64,000 nt of DNA, taken from positions 33,033,575 to 33,097,574 of the forward strand of contig NC_083425.1 in the NCBI RefSeq assembly GCF_020745735.1, in the 5' to 3' direction. The notes beneath the pieces were generated by a model. That model was given only the letters and a program-made list of their open reading frames with translations. It searched no databases and was not told the origin of the DNA. A program made the translations under genes and the position numbers. Position 1 is the stretch's first letter; each line of letters begins with the position of its first letter. Positions 36,380 to 47,380 of this stretch are shown here, piece after piece. This DNA is from Hemiscyllium ocellatum. Lineage: Eukaryota.

Positions 36380-39300
36380 CTCAAAGATTCATAGAGATGT
36401 ACAGCACGGAAACAGACACTCTGGTCCAACTCATCTATGCCAACCAGATATTCTAACTTAATCCAATCCCATTTGCCTACACTTGGCGCGTACCTATTCT
36501 TTTACCCATCCAGTTGCCTTTTAAATGTTGTAATTGTAACCAGCCTCCTCCACTTCCTCTGGCAGCTCATTCCATACACACAACACTCTCTGAGTGAAAA
36601 AGTTGCCCTTTAGATCCCTTTTATACCTTCCCTCTCTCACCCTAAACCTATGCCCTCTAGTTCTGTACTCCCCCACCCAGGGAAAAAGACCTTGGCTATT
36701 CACCCTATCACGCCCCACAGATTTTTAAAACCTCTATAAGGTCACCCCTCAGCCTCTGACACTCCAAGGAAAACAATCTCAGCCTATTCATCCTCTCTCT
36801 GTATCTCAAATCCTCTAACCCTGGCAACATCCTTGTAAAACTTTTCTGAACCTTTTCAAGTTTCTTTCCAATAGGAGAGAGACCAGAATTTCACGCAATA
36901 TTCCAAAAATGGCCTAACTAATGTCCTGTACACGTGCAACGTGACCTCATATGCTCAGTGCTCTGACTAATGAAAGAAAGCATATCAAACCCCTTCTTCA
37001 CTATCCTATCTACCTGTGACTCCATTTCCAAGGAACCACTCTATGGTCTCTTTGTTAGCAACACTCCCTAGGAACTGACCATTAAGTGTATAAGTCCTGC
37101 TCTGATTTGCCTTTTCAAAACGCAGCACCTCACATATATCTAAATTAAACTCGATCTGCCACTTCTCAGCCCATTGGCCCATTTGATCAAGATCCTGTTA
37201 TACTCTGAGATAATCTTGTTCACTGTCCACTACACCTCAAATTTTTGTGTCATCTGCAAACTTGCTAACCATATATCTCCTATGTTCACATCCAAATCAT
37301 TTATGTAAATGATGAAAAGCTGTGGACCCAATACCAATCCTTGTGGCACTCCACTGGTCACAAACCTCCAGTCTGAAAGGCAATCCTCCACCACCACCCT
37401 CTGTCTTCTACCTTCAAGCCAGTTCTGTATCCAAAAGGCTAGTTCTTCCTGTATTTCATGAGATCTCACCTTACTAACCAGTCTACCATGAAGAACTTTG
37501 TCAAACGCTTGACTGAAGTCCATATAAATCACATCTACTGCTCTGCCCTCATCAATCCTCTTTGTTAATTCATCAAAAAATTCAATCAAGTGCACGATTC
37601 ATGATTTCACAAACACAAAGCCATGTTGACTATCCACAATCATTCCTTGCCTTTCTAAATACATGTAAATCCTGTACCTCAGGACTCCCTCCAACAATTT
37701 GCCCACCAGCAATGTCAGGCTCACTGGTCTATAGTTCCCTGGTTTTTCCTTACCACCTTTCTTAAATAGTGGCACCACATTACCCAATCTCCAGTCTTGC
37801 AGCACCTTACCAGTGACTATCAATGATACAGAGAGAGGATGAATAGGCTGAGGTTGTATCAATGATACAAATATCTCAGCAAGAGGCCCAGCAATCACTT
37901 CCCTACCTTCCCACGGAGTTCTAGGATACATCTGATCAGGTCCTGGGGATTTATTCACATTTATGCATTTAAAACACCTTCTCCTCTGTAATATGGACAT
38001 TTTCCAAGATGTCACCATCTATTTCCCTGTTAAGTATACTCCCACTGCCTTTATTCTAAGAATTCACTCAAACTCTATTGTCTATACCTAACATATGCTT
38101 CCTTGTTTTTCCAAATCAAACTCTCAATTTCTGTAATCATCCAGCATTCCCTACCCCTAACAGCCTTTCCTTTCACCCTATCAGGAAAATACAGTCTCTG
38201 GATTCTCGTTAACTAATTTCTGAAGGTTTCCCATTTTCCAACCATTCTTTTACCTGCCTCCAATCAACTTTTGAAAGTTCTTGCCTAATACCATCAAAAT
38301 TAGCCTTCCTCCAGTTTAGAGTTAAACTTTTATATCCTTTTCCATCACTATTTTAAAACGAATAGAATTATGGTCGCTGGCCCCAAAGTGCTCCCCCACT
38401 GACACCTCAGTCACCTGTTCTGCCTTATTTCCCAAGAGTAGGTCAAGTTTTTCACCTTCTCTAGTAGGTACATCCACATACGGAATCAGAAAATTTTCTT
38501 ATACACACGTAACAAATTGCTATCCATCTAAACCTTTATCACTATTGCAGTCCCAGTCTATGTTTGGAAAGTTAAAATCCCATACCATAACCACCCTATT
38601 ATTCTTAAAGATAACTAGGATCTCCTTATAACTTTGTTTCTCAATTTCCAGCTGACTATTTGGGGGTCTGGAATACAATCCCAATAAGGTGACCATCCCT
38701 TTCTTATTTCTCAGTTCCACCCAAATAACCTGCCTGGATATATTCCCAGGAATATCCTTCCAAACTACAGTCATAGTGCAATCCCTTATTGAAAACACCA
38801 CTCTCCCTCCTCTCATGCCAGACCTTTCTATCCTTCCTATAGCATTTGTATAGCTGGAACATTAAGCTGCCAGTCCTGAACCACATCTATAATCACAATG
38901 GGAACCCAGTCCCATGTTACTAATCATGCCCTGAGTTCATTTGCCTTCCCTGTTATATGTCTTGCATTGAAATACCTTGTTCTCTGCTTTGCCCCTGCCT
39001 GCCCTGACTGTTTGATTAATCCTTTTTCCAACTGTATCAGTTTCAGATTTACCTCTTTCCTCAGTATCTCCCTGGGTACCAACCCCCACCTTACTAACTG
39101 AAATCCTCCCGAGCAGTTCCAGCAAATCTCCCTGCCAGTCTATTAGTTCCCCCAATTCAGGTGTAGTCTGTCCTTCTCGTACAGGTCACTTCTACCCTTC
39201 TGCCCTACACCATCCCCTTAGCCATGCATTCATTTGCTCTACCTCCTATTCCTACCCTCACTAATTCATAGCACTGGGAGTAATCTAGGTATTACTACCC

Positions 39301-40190
39301 TCGATGGCCTCCTTTTTAAATTCTTGCCTAACTTTCTATATTCTCCCTTCAGAATCTCATCCTTTTCCATTCCTATATCATTAGTTCCAATGACGTCCTA
39401 CTGGGCCCTCTCCCCCTTGAGAAGATTCTGCACCCTCTCCAAGATATCCTTGATCTGAGCACCAGGGAGGCAACACACCATTCTTAATTTTCACAATTGG
39501 CTGCAGAAATAACTGTCTATGCTTCTGATTAGAGAGTCCCCTCTCACAAACAATCACTTGAAACCCGATGTACCCCTCATTACATTAGAGCCTGTCTTGA
39601 TTACAGGAACTTGACTGTTTGTGGTACATTCTCCTGAGAGTCTTTCACCCCCGACATTTTCTAAAACAGCATACTTGTTTGAAATGAGGATAGCCACAGG
39701 AGACTCCTGCACTAATTGTCTACTCCTCCTACCTTTCCTGGAGTTAACCCATCTATCTGACTGTACATTTTTTTTCTCCCTCTCTATAACTGCCATCTAT
39801 GACACCCTCAGCTCCTGTAAATTCTTTATTGCCTCTAACTGCTGCTCCATGCAATGTGATAGGATTCTCAACCAAAGACACTTCCTGCAGACATAACCAT
39901 CAATAACATGGAAACTCTCACTAAACTCCTGCAACCAAACGGAAGAGCACATTACTCCACTAAAGGCCATCTTTACACCCTAACAATCCAGAGATCCAGA
40001 AAATACCACCATCTTATTGCTCTAAAAGAAATACTGTTTCAGGCTAACTTAATACTTGTGGCTTATATTTTTAAATTTTAATCAAGAGACAGAGCTCAAT
40101 AAAACATATAATCAAGAAAATCACTGTGGTAGATTTATAGCAAGGCTACACATAAAAACTATGCACTTATCTGTTCCTGTGCTGTGAGCT
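36380..40190 (-). mobile_element. Near full-length degraded CR1 LINE
   Basis: Minus-strand fragments [82 protein letters not shown]. Confidence 0.9.
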
Positions 40191-41389
40191 CTCCCACACA
40201 GGTTCCTCCAAGGTCATCTGTGAATTCTGCGATTTGTCAATGTTTCCTAGATGCACTCTGATGTCCAGAGATACTTGAACTCAAACGGCAAAGGCAGTAA
40301 CTGTGCAAATTCACTGCTGTGTCTGACGGTAGTATTGGGTTCTTTCTCTGGCCATGTGGTTGCTGCCTTTGTCTGTCTTAAAGGAAATGGTTGTGGCAAG
40401 ATGATCTTGATGTAGAGATGACCATCTTCCCTGATCCTAGCACTCAATTCACCACATTGATTACAGCCTGATAAGATTTCACCTGTTCATTATTAAACTT
40501 CATGAGATCTACATTTTAAAAATATTTTCAGTTAGCATGAAACTAATCAATTAATACTTTACAAAATGTATTTATGTGTTATTCAGCTACATCAGATTTA
40601 GACTAAAGCTGTACATATATTCACTTCTGTCAAGTAATAGTTGGCAAAAGTAATGCAATATGTTGGAGAACAATATACATCAACCTGTTCTACATTAGAT
40701 TGATTTAAAGTAATCAGTGTACAAACATAATGATCAGTGTTTACAATTCAGAAAATACTGAAATCTCAGTTTTCCAAATTAATTGCCTGCAGCTACAATT
40801 TCTCTTAACCTAGTTGAAAAATGCATTCAACAGTCAAAGCCATTCACAGTATTTCTGTGATCAAATCACAAATATATGTTTACAAATACATTTCTGTGAT
40901 CAAACCATAAATATATATATACATCTGTATTTAAAAAAATGGAGCTGAAGATATTTTCTTTCAGCACACTGAAATTGATCCAATATTTGCATCAGCTGTC
41001 AAATAGCCATCTTCTTGATAAAAGGCAGCCCAGATTGAAAGCCAAGTACTTTAGCATGTAGCTTTTGTATACCAGTGCTGCGTTTGACCGATGGTGTTCA
41101 CAGACAACTAATGTGAAGCATTGTTTCTTTACAGAGAAAAAAATTAGTGAAGAGTTCAGCTCCATCAGGTGTATTATCCAGGATGAGAACTGCATTCAAA
41201 ACTGCTGCTTCCAGCTGATCATAATACAGGAAGGGACAGTTTGTGAAATAACTGATGAGGTTTACATTCATCTTCCATCATTCACATATGATAAGATGTG
41301 ATTAATATTTCATATCACATTTTCTTAAAGTTGTCACCATCAGTAGACTTGTTGCAGGTAGAAATAAGAATTAGCCACCACAGCTACTA

Positions 41390-41419
41390 TTAGACATCAG
41401 TCATCTCATCAATTGTAAT
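41390..41419 (-). CDS. Copy 2 terminal coding exon (ITIDEMTDV*)
   Basis: Strong acceptor ttttcttcttttaacag; TAA at 41392-41390. Confidence 0.75.
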   Translation of the reverse strand: MTIDEMTDV

Positions 41420-44400
41420 CTGTTAAAAGAAGAAAATATCATTTATAAAAATTGTGATAGAAGACTATCAAAAATGTGCAGATATTTGTAAACACACTTA
41501 CCATTGGATTTTGAGATTCTCTTCTAATTTCTGAAAGTAAAGTAATCCAACAATTAATACATTGTTTCTGGCATATAACATAAACTGCTGCAAACATTTG
41601 CAGTTCATTAATTCTTTTGGTTTCAAACTCAATCATAGAAAAGGCAGTAATCTCTGGATGATCATGATAATATTGTCTGGTATGAAAAATTCACAATTTA
41701 CCAAATTAATATTTGTTTAATTTGCCCTGCTCCTTTATCTAATGATAAAAATAATTTTATAACTAAATGGATCCAAAATAATTGCAACCTATAAAGTTTC
41801 AGTCCTCTGACTTAACTAGGAGGCTACAGTATCATAATAACTGGCCAGCAATTTGGAAGTTATCCATTCTTTATCACAATGTGAGAATTTGATGTTAGAT
41901 TTTGCTTTAAAGAGACTAGTATCAATATAGGTAATTGAGAGGCTTCAGTTATTTTTTTAGGTCTGAAGGGCCTGTACTGCACTGTAATGTTCTTTGTTCT
42001 ATTATTCTAAATGCCCAATTTGGAAACTAATGGATTCCTGGGAAAGGAAGTTACAGTCCTATATGCAATTCAAGTAGCGCATCGATGTAGTTCACTCTGA
42101 TTTCCCCTCTGAGTCAGCTTAGCAACCCAGTCATAGGTATTAAACTGCAATTAGCAAGGCTCAACAGCATCTCATAGCAACTCACTCTGGGGAATAAATG
42201 CCAGATTTTCCAGTGGCACACACAAGACATTTTTGTTTGAAAATGCTTACTTCCTTCTATTCTTTCCTTGCCCTAATCAAAACATCTCAAGTTTGAAATT
42301 TAGTCATCTTCGATATTCCAAGATACAAGTCACACATCTTTTTCTGTGATTTTCAATGAATAGAGCTCAACAGGTTGTTTTCCACAGTGGTCAGTTTGAG
42401 TCACCTAAACATGCTTGCATCTTAGAGTCTTCTTTGTGGGAGCTCAGGAGGAGTCAATGTGTGGCTTATTCATCATTTATATATTACCTATTCTTTCCTT
42501 CATCAAAGATTGTAACTCATTAGGCAACATTCAGAGTTGGAGTTACCTCTACATTTCAAACTATTCGGTAAAATTATTCAGCAAATATTTCCTCATCAGT
42601 GACATGAGGATATTTGCTTTCCAGTAATTCAGCCAAGTGCTTATGTAAATCATTCAGTATTAGCAAGGGAATTAGAAAGCTGGACAGAATTTAAAACTAT
42701 TTAGAATGTTAGAGATTCCATTACTTCTTTTTTTTAGGCCTTGAATCATGAATAGTTGGTACGTAATGGGGTCAAAGTGTATTGGTTCCCTGATTATAAG
42801 CGTATTTGAAAGAAGGGATGATGAAAAGTGTTGAAAAAAAATAATTATGTCATACATTATATAATAATCATGAGTTTTGAAAGTAGCCAGAATCTAAAAC
42901 CATCTTACTTGGATATGATCTTCTCTTAAATTGCAGAACAGCAACGATTACTAATGCAACAAAAAGCAGTGCCATAATCAGAAAGACAACTACATTTTTC
43001 CTTTCCTCTCCATTATTGTCAGTAAAGGGAAGGTTTTCATGACAGACTGCAACAGAAAACATGGGGAAGAATTAACTAATTAGTTAAATCCTCCATACTT
43101 CAGAACTTAAAAATTACTAAAATGAGACTAAAAGTTGAAGCTTTTCATCTTGTACCCATTAGAACTAGGATGCAATAAAAAGACCTGTAAAATGAGACTA
43201 TGTTTTATATAGAATGAAAAGCCAGAGCTGATTGATAGGATCATAATTGCCCTGGAGACGCAGCATGAACAACTAATGGTCACTCTTAATTCTCAGATCA
43301 GCCACATAGATTCTGATTGGTCTGTGAACAACCCTACCCCCAATTATGACTTTGTTAATTAACAATGGCAAAGTTGACCTTTAAACAACACTGATGACAA
43401 TGACTGCAATCATTTAAAAATAATGTTCCCACAAAATTTTCAGTTTAAAATAGTCAGGTATATTAAATATGACTCTTGAGAATAAATGAAACATATTAAT
43501 TCTTTCTACGTCTACTTTTCAATCTCCTTTCAAGAATAAATGTGGTGAACTAACTTGAAATATTTTCCTGGTCTGCATATACACTGTCTTCCACATTCCA
43601 TATGGCGCAAGTATAAACGCATTCTGACACTTCTGTTTCTGCTGTGAGTTGAAGAGTACTGGTGATTTTGTACAGTCCCTGTGGTGTTTCTTCACTACTA
43701 GTGTTAGCCTGGGATGTGAGGTTCTTTGTTCCATTGAAGAACCAGTGCATCTGAGCCTGTGGATATCCAATTGCTTCACAAATGATACTTCCTCTTCTTG
43801 ATGATGAGACCATGGTCACGTTGTATGGAGCTAAAAATGATGATTGCATTATTATTAGTGGAATGAGATTTGCTTCATACTTCAGAGTTAGAAACTGAAT
43901 TTAAGTTTTACCAGTTGTCAGAGTGAGATCTTCACTTGAAATTACTGAGGTTAGCCTTGGAATTCTCACCCAATGAGCATGATGTAGAGGAGCCAGCGTT
44001 GGACTGGGATGGACAAAGTTAAAAATCACACAACACCAGGTTATATCCAACAGGTTTATTTGGAAGCACTAGCTTTTGGAGTGCTGATTCTTCATGGGTA
44101 GCTACAGGGGCAGGATCATGGAATGCAAACAAATCTGTTAGACTGTAACCTGGAGTTGTGTGATTTTTAACTTTGTCCAACACTGGCTCCTCTACATCAT
44201 GCTTATTGGGTGAGAATTCCAAGAGGAATAAACATGACCATTACGCCACTATCACCATTGGTTTAGCCAGCCATTTTCAGGCACAGTTTAGCAGCAAAAT
44301 GATGTTGTTGAAAGGGTGATTATCATTCATTCCCGGGCTGAAGGGCTTATTTTATGAAGCAAGTTTAAACTGGATAAACCTAAGTCCATTGCTGTTTAGA

Positions 44401-45574
44401 AAAGTGAGAGGTGACCCTGTTGAAATTACTTTTGGTTAGGTTTGGGATATGTTGAATTTTTTGAAGTGTTTCTCACCATGAGACCTAATGGGTTTTCTTG
44501 TAGTACCTTAGTAAACTCATCTTATTCAATAGGTATCCTGCTTTTGTGGCATCACAAACATTTGTTTCCTGTCCCCACTGTAAAATACACTTTCCTGTCC
44601 TATGATGGGAAATTGCCTGAATTGAGCTAACATTACATTAACGGGGTTTAGGAGAGTGAGAGGTGATCTCATTGAAACATAGAAGATTCTGAAAGGACTT
44701 CACAAGATAGCTGTAGGGAGATTGTTTCTGCCAATCAGGGGACCTAAAACACAGAGATACAGTGTCAGAGAAACTAATTTAGGGTTGTCCCGAGGAGAAA
44801 TTACTTTATTCACAGGGTTGTAAACTTTGTAAGACTTTCCCAAAGGGTAGTGGCTGCTTCACTGTTGAATACATTTAAGACTGACAGATTTTTGGGGAGC
44901 AAGCAGGGAAGCGGAGCTGCAGCCCAGGAACAAGCACCATTGTGCAGAATAGTGGAGCAGGCTTAATGCCTAAATCATTTATTCCTGCCCCAATTCACTT
45001 TTAACATGAGATCAAAACTGGAATAAGTTACAAAATACTTGCAACCAACTTTCTATAGTGAGAACTATTGGGAAAAGAATACAGTCACCTACCTTTTACC
45101 TTCAATTCAAATTGAGAAATTTTGTGACTAACTGATGTCAGCAAATTATATTGATATTTCCCACTATCAGACACCTGTGTGTTCTGGATCATCAGTAACA
45201 TGTTTTGAGATCCTGGATGAAGTAATTTAATCCGACCTTGTACTTCATTGGCACCTTCTTTGAAGTTAAAAATTTCTACATTTCCATCTTTTTCCATTTT
45301 ATAAAGTACAATCTCTGTCAATGTCCACTCCTTTTCTGAATTTGCTGTGCACTGTATTTTAGTGTCTTCATTAAATGTTCCTGTCACTGAAGACTCACAA
45401 CTTAATTTCAAGAAACCTGAAAAACAATAATTTTGATTCACTCACATGCCTTCAGTGAGAATAAGTGTTCAATAGAGCTATATGTTGAAAATCATCTTAA
45501 TACTTACTGTCTGCAAATGATGGGATGATGCAGAAGATGACAGGAAAGAGTCTTATTGTATGGTATGAAACCAT
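41390..45574 (-). CDS. B7-family type I membrane protein, copy 2 (PD-L1/PD-L2-like; 287 aa)
   Basis: Six coding exons join in frame with GT-AG sites: 45574-45508, 45416-45093, 43830-43555, 43046-42909, 41530-41502, 41419-41390 (864 nt); same phases as copy 1; CEAIGYPQAQMHW. Confidence 0.87.
41502..41530 (-). CDS. Copy 2 cytoplasmic mini-exon, 29 nt (KIRRESQNPM)
   Basis: tttcag/AAATTAGAAGAGAATCTCAAAATCCAATG/gtaagt. Confidence 0.8.
42909..43046 (-). CDS. Copy 2 stalk/transmembrane exon
   Basis: CHENLPFTDNNGEERKN-VVVFLIMALLFVALVIVAVL-QFKRRSYP; ttgcag acceptor, gtaaga donor; 138 nt. Confidence 0.87.
43555..43830 (-). CDS. Copy 2 IgC exon
   Basis: APYNVTMV..IICEAIGYPQAQMHW..YKITSTLQL..ECVYTCAIW; 276 nt; gttagt donor. 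Confidence 0.9.
43957..44223. mobile_element. Small PLE-B fold-back insertion flanked by an inverted duplication of about 45 bp
   Basis: cttggaattctcacccaatgagcatgatgtagaggagccagcgttgg and its reverse complement enclose two inverted PLE-B ends; hammerhead decayed. Confidence 0.72.
45093..45416 (-). CDS. Copy 2 IgV exon (non-canonical)
   Basis: FLKLSCESSVTG..IQCTA..IVLYK..QGRIKLL..LLMIQNTQVSDSGKYQYNL..FELKVK; 324 nt; AAG/gtaggt donor. Confidence 0.9.
45508..45574 (-). CDS. Copy 2 signal-peptide exon (MVSYHTIRLFPVIFCIIPSFAD)
   Basis: ATG at 45574; exon starts at 45591 after aagtag; gtaagt donor. Confidence 0.85.
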
Positions 45575-46736
45575 TTCCAGACTCAGTTCACCTACTTAAA
45601 GATAAATCAGAAAACACATTATTCTAATCTAATCTGAATTCACTTTATTTATGCATCAGACTTTTGTCATCAATGCCATGCAGCACTAACAACAAATCCA
45701 TCAGGTATATTTTCTTTGCTAGATATGTTTTGATTGTTTTTAATTATTATATATTAGTGTAAAACATACACACGTTTTGTGGCGGATGGCTAACCACTCT
45801 CACAGCGAGGATTCTGGGATGTATGACCAAGCAAACAGTATAGCAATTATACCAAGGCTGCAATCTTGACAGGCTGGGCTGTGTTTGATTGGATTACAGA
45901 TCTTCATATGTGCTAAGTGACATTTTAAGTCCACAGTGGGTGTCTTGTTTCCAGGACCAACTCCCACCCCTTTAGTAGTCCCTGTATAATAGATTTGGCC
46001 TTAGATTGGGCAGGGACTTGACAAGGCTGCAGTAGTGACTCAGAGCTTGGGGTTGTTCTATTCTGGACCTGAGGATGGTCTGATCCTGGATTGGATATCC
46101 TGCCTCCATATCCTGTGCTGGGATGTCCAAATCCAAATAACCATCAATCATTGTGCAAGCCTTGACATGTAGACTCCAAATTTGATGATTCCCACAGCCA
46201 ATGCTGTAGTATCAGTGAAGGATAATGAAAATCCTGAGTCCATCACAACTGAACTGATAATGCAATTCTGGTGAAATCGGGGATTAAACTCAAAGTTGCC
46301 CTGCTCTCTACTGTTCATCTATTGACAGAATAAAGATTCGTGAGCAATCAGGAAGGACTTGTTGAGACGTCCTAAAGCATTTGTAGTTTAATCTTAAATT
46401 GAACAACCTTTCCATATTTCCAAGTTGTTACATTGCTGCCTGATCTTAATAGTTTTTCACCCGGGACATCTCCGGTGTCTGGGTGATATGTGCCAATGAT
46501 AGAGGTTTGGGTTTTGCAAACGTCTGCAAGAAATGACCAAATCCTGCTGGACAAAGTCAGTTTCTGGAATTATGACAGAATTGTAGCAGACTGGAAGGAT
46601 TAACTCCGTCTCTCTCTCTCTCTCTCTCCAGATACCGCCAGACTCGCTGAGTTTCTCTAGCCTCCTCTGTGTTTGGTTTCAGAGGTTTGGTGCACACTGC
46701 TCACAGTGAGAATGAAGTGCATCAAGAATCTCTTAC

Positions 46737-46900
46737 TTTTTCCACTACGAAGCAATCAGTCGCATTGCAGATTACATAATCCTCACTATGGGGGGACCCA
46801 AAGGACAAAAAAACTACATTTAAAGGTGTTCCCATTGTTTGTAGCTGCCCGTTTTCCCAGACAGGATCTGCAGTGAAATTCCGAATTGTTTTGATTTTTT
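46737..46900 (-). other. Candidate non-coding exon 1 of copy 2 (5' end uncertain)
   Basis: Strong donor GAAAA/gtaaga at 46737 inside a CpG-enriched unique region; a non-coding first exon is typical of CD274, PDCD1LG2 and CD80. Confidence 0.45.
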
Positions 46901-46977
46901 TCGTAAATTCGTTTTTCTTTCGTAAACACCGTAAGAATTGCGACAATTGAATTTAGGATTCTTAAAAAAAGAAATCC

Positions 46978-46988
46978 GTTTCTATTTC
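46978..46988 (-). promoter_or_regulatory. IRF-binding element (GAAATAGAAAC)
   Basis: Matches GAAANNGAAA, just upstream of the candidate exon 1. Confidence 0.45.
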
Positions 46989-47367
46989 TGTTTTGTTTCA
47001 ATTATTTCTTTTAAACCAATCCTTCTATCTCTACTCAGTTTCTGCAATTACATCCACATTTCACACAACTTCACATCAACAAAAAAAACTCCATAGTTTC
47101 CGAATGCCAGACTGTACATTTGCTGCAAACTTTGCTGCTGTGGAGATCCTACCAGCCTCACCGTACCGAAGTTCGAGCTGATCCAAGGAAAATCACCATT
47201 TATAATGGGACGCGTGGCAAATTCTGTATGATCCAGGAGTATCGGCGCAAAAACAACTACGTTCCGGCCTCTATGTTGTCTTGTGTAAGTGTGTAGTCTC
47301 CTGCTGTCTGTCTGAAATTGGGAAAGAACACAGATGCCTTCTCCTCTTTGACTTTGGCCCGTGAAAA

Positions 47368-47380
47368 CACTTTCAGTTTC
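47368..47380 (-). promoter_or_regulatory. ISRE/IRF-E (GAAACTGAAAGTG)
   Basis: Textbook IRF-E; a kappaB-like CGGACTTTCC (one mismatch to GGGACTTTCC) lies at 47454-47463. Confidence 0.55.

Noticed and set aside
40992-41301. Short ORFs downstream of copy 2 as further coding exons
   Set aside because: They lie after the in-frame stop at 41390 and are not conserved in copy 1; most likely 3' UTR.
41390-45574. Assigning the symbol CD274 or PDCD1LG2
   Set aside because: Motif and exon-layout resemblance only; no syntenic marker in the window and the IgV core is atypical, so orthology needs a phylogeny.
46786-47001. ORF with a hydrophobic stretch as the signal peptide of copy 2
   Set aside because: Starts at TTG, has no counterpart in copy 1, and a conserved ATG signal exon exists at 45508-45574.
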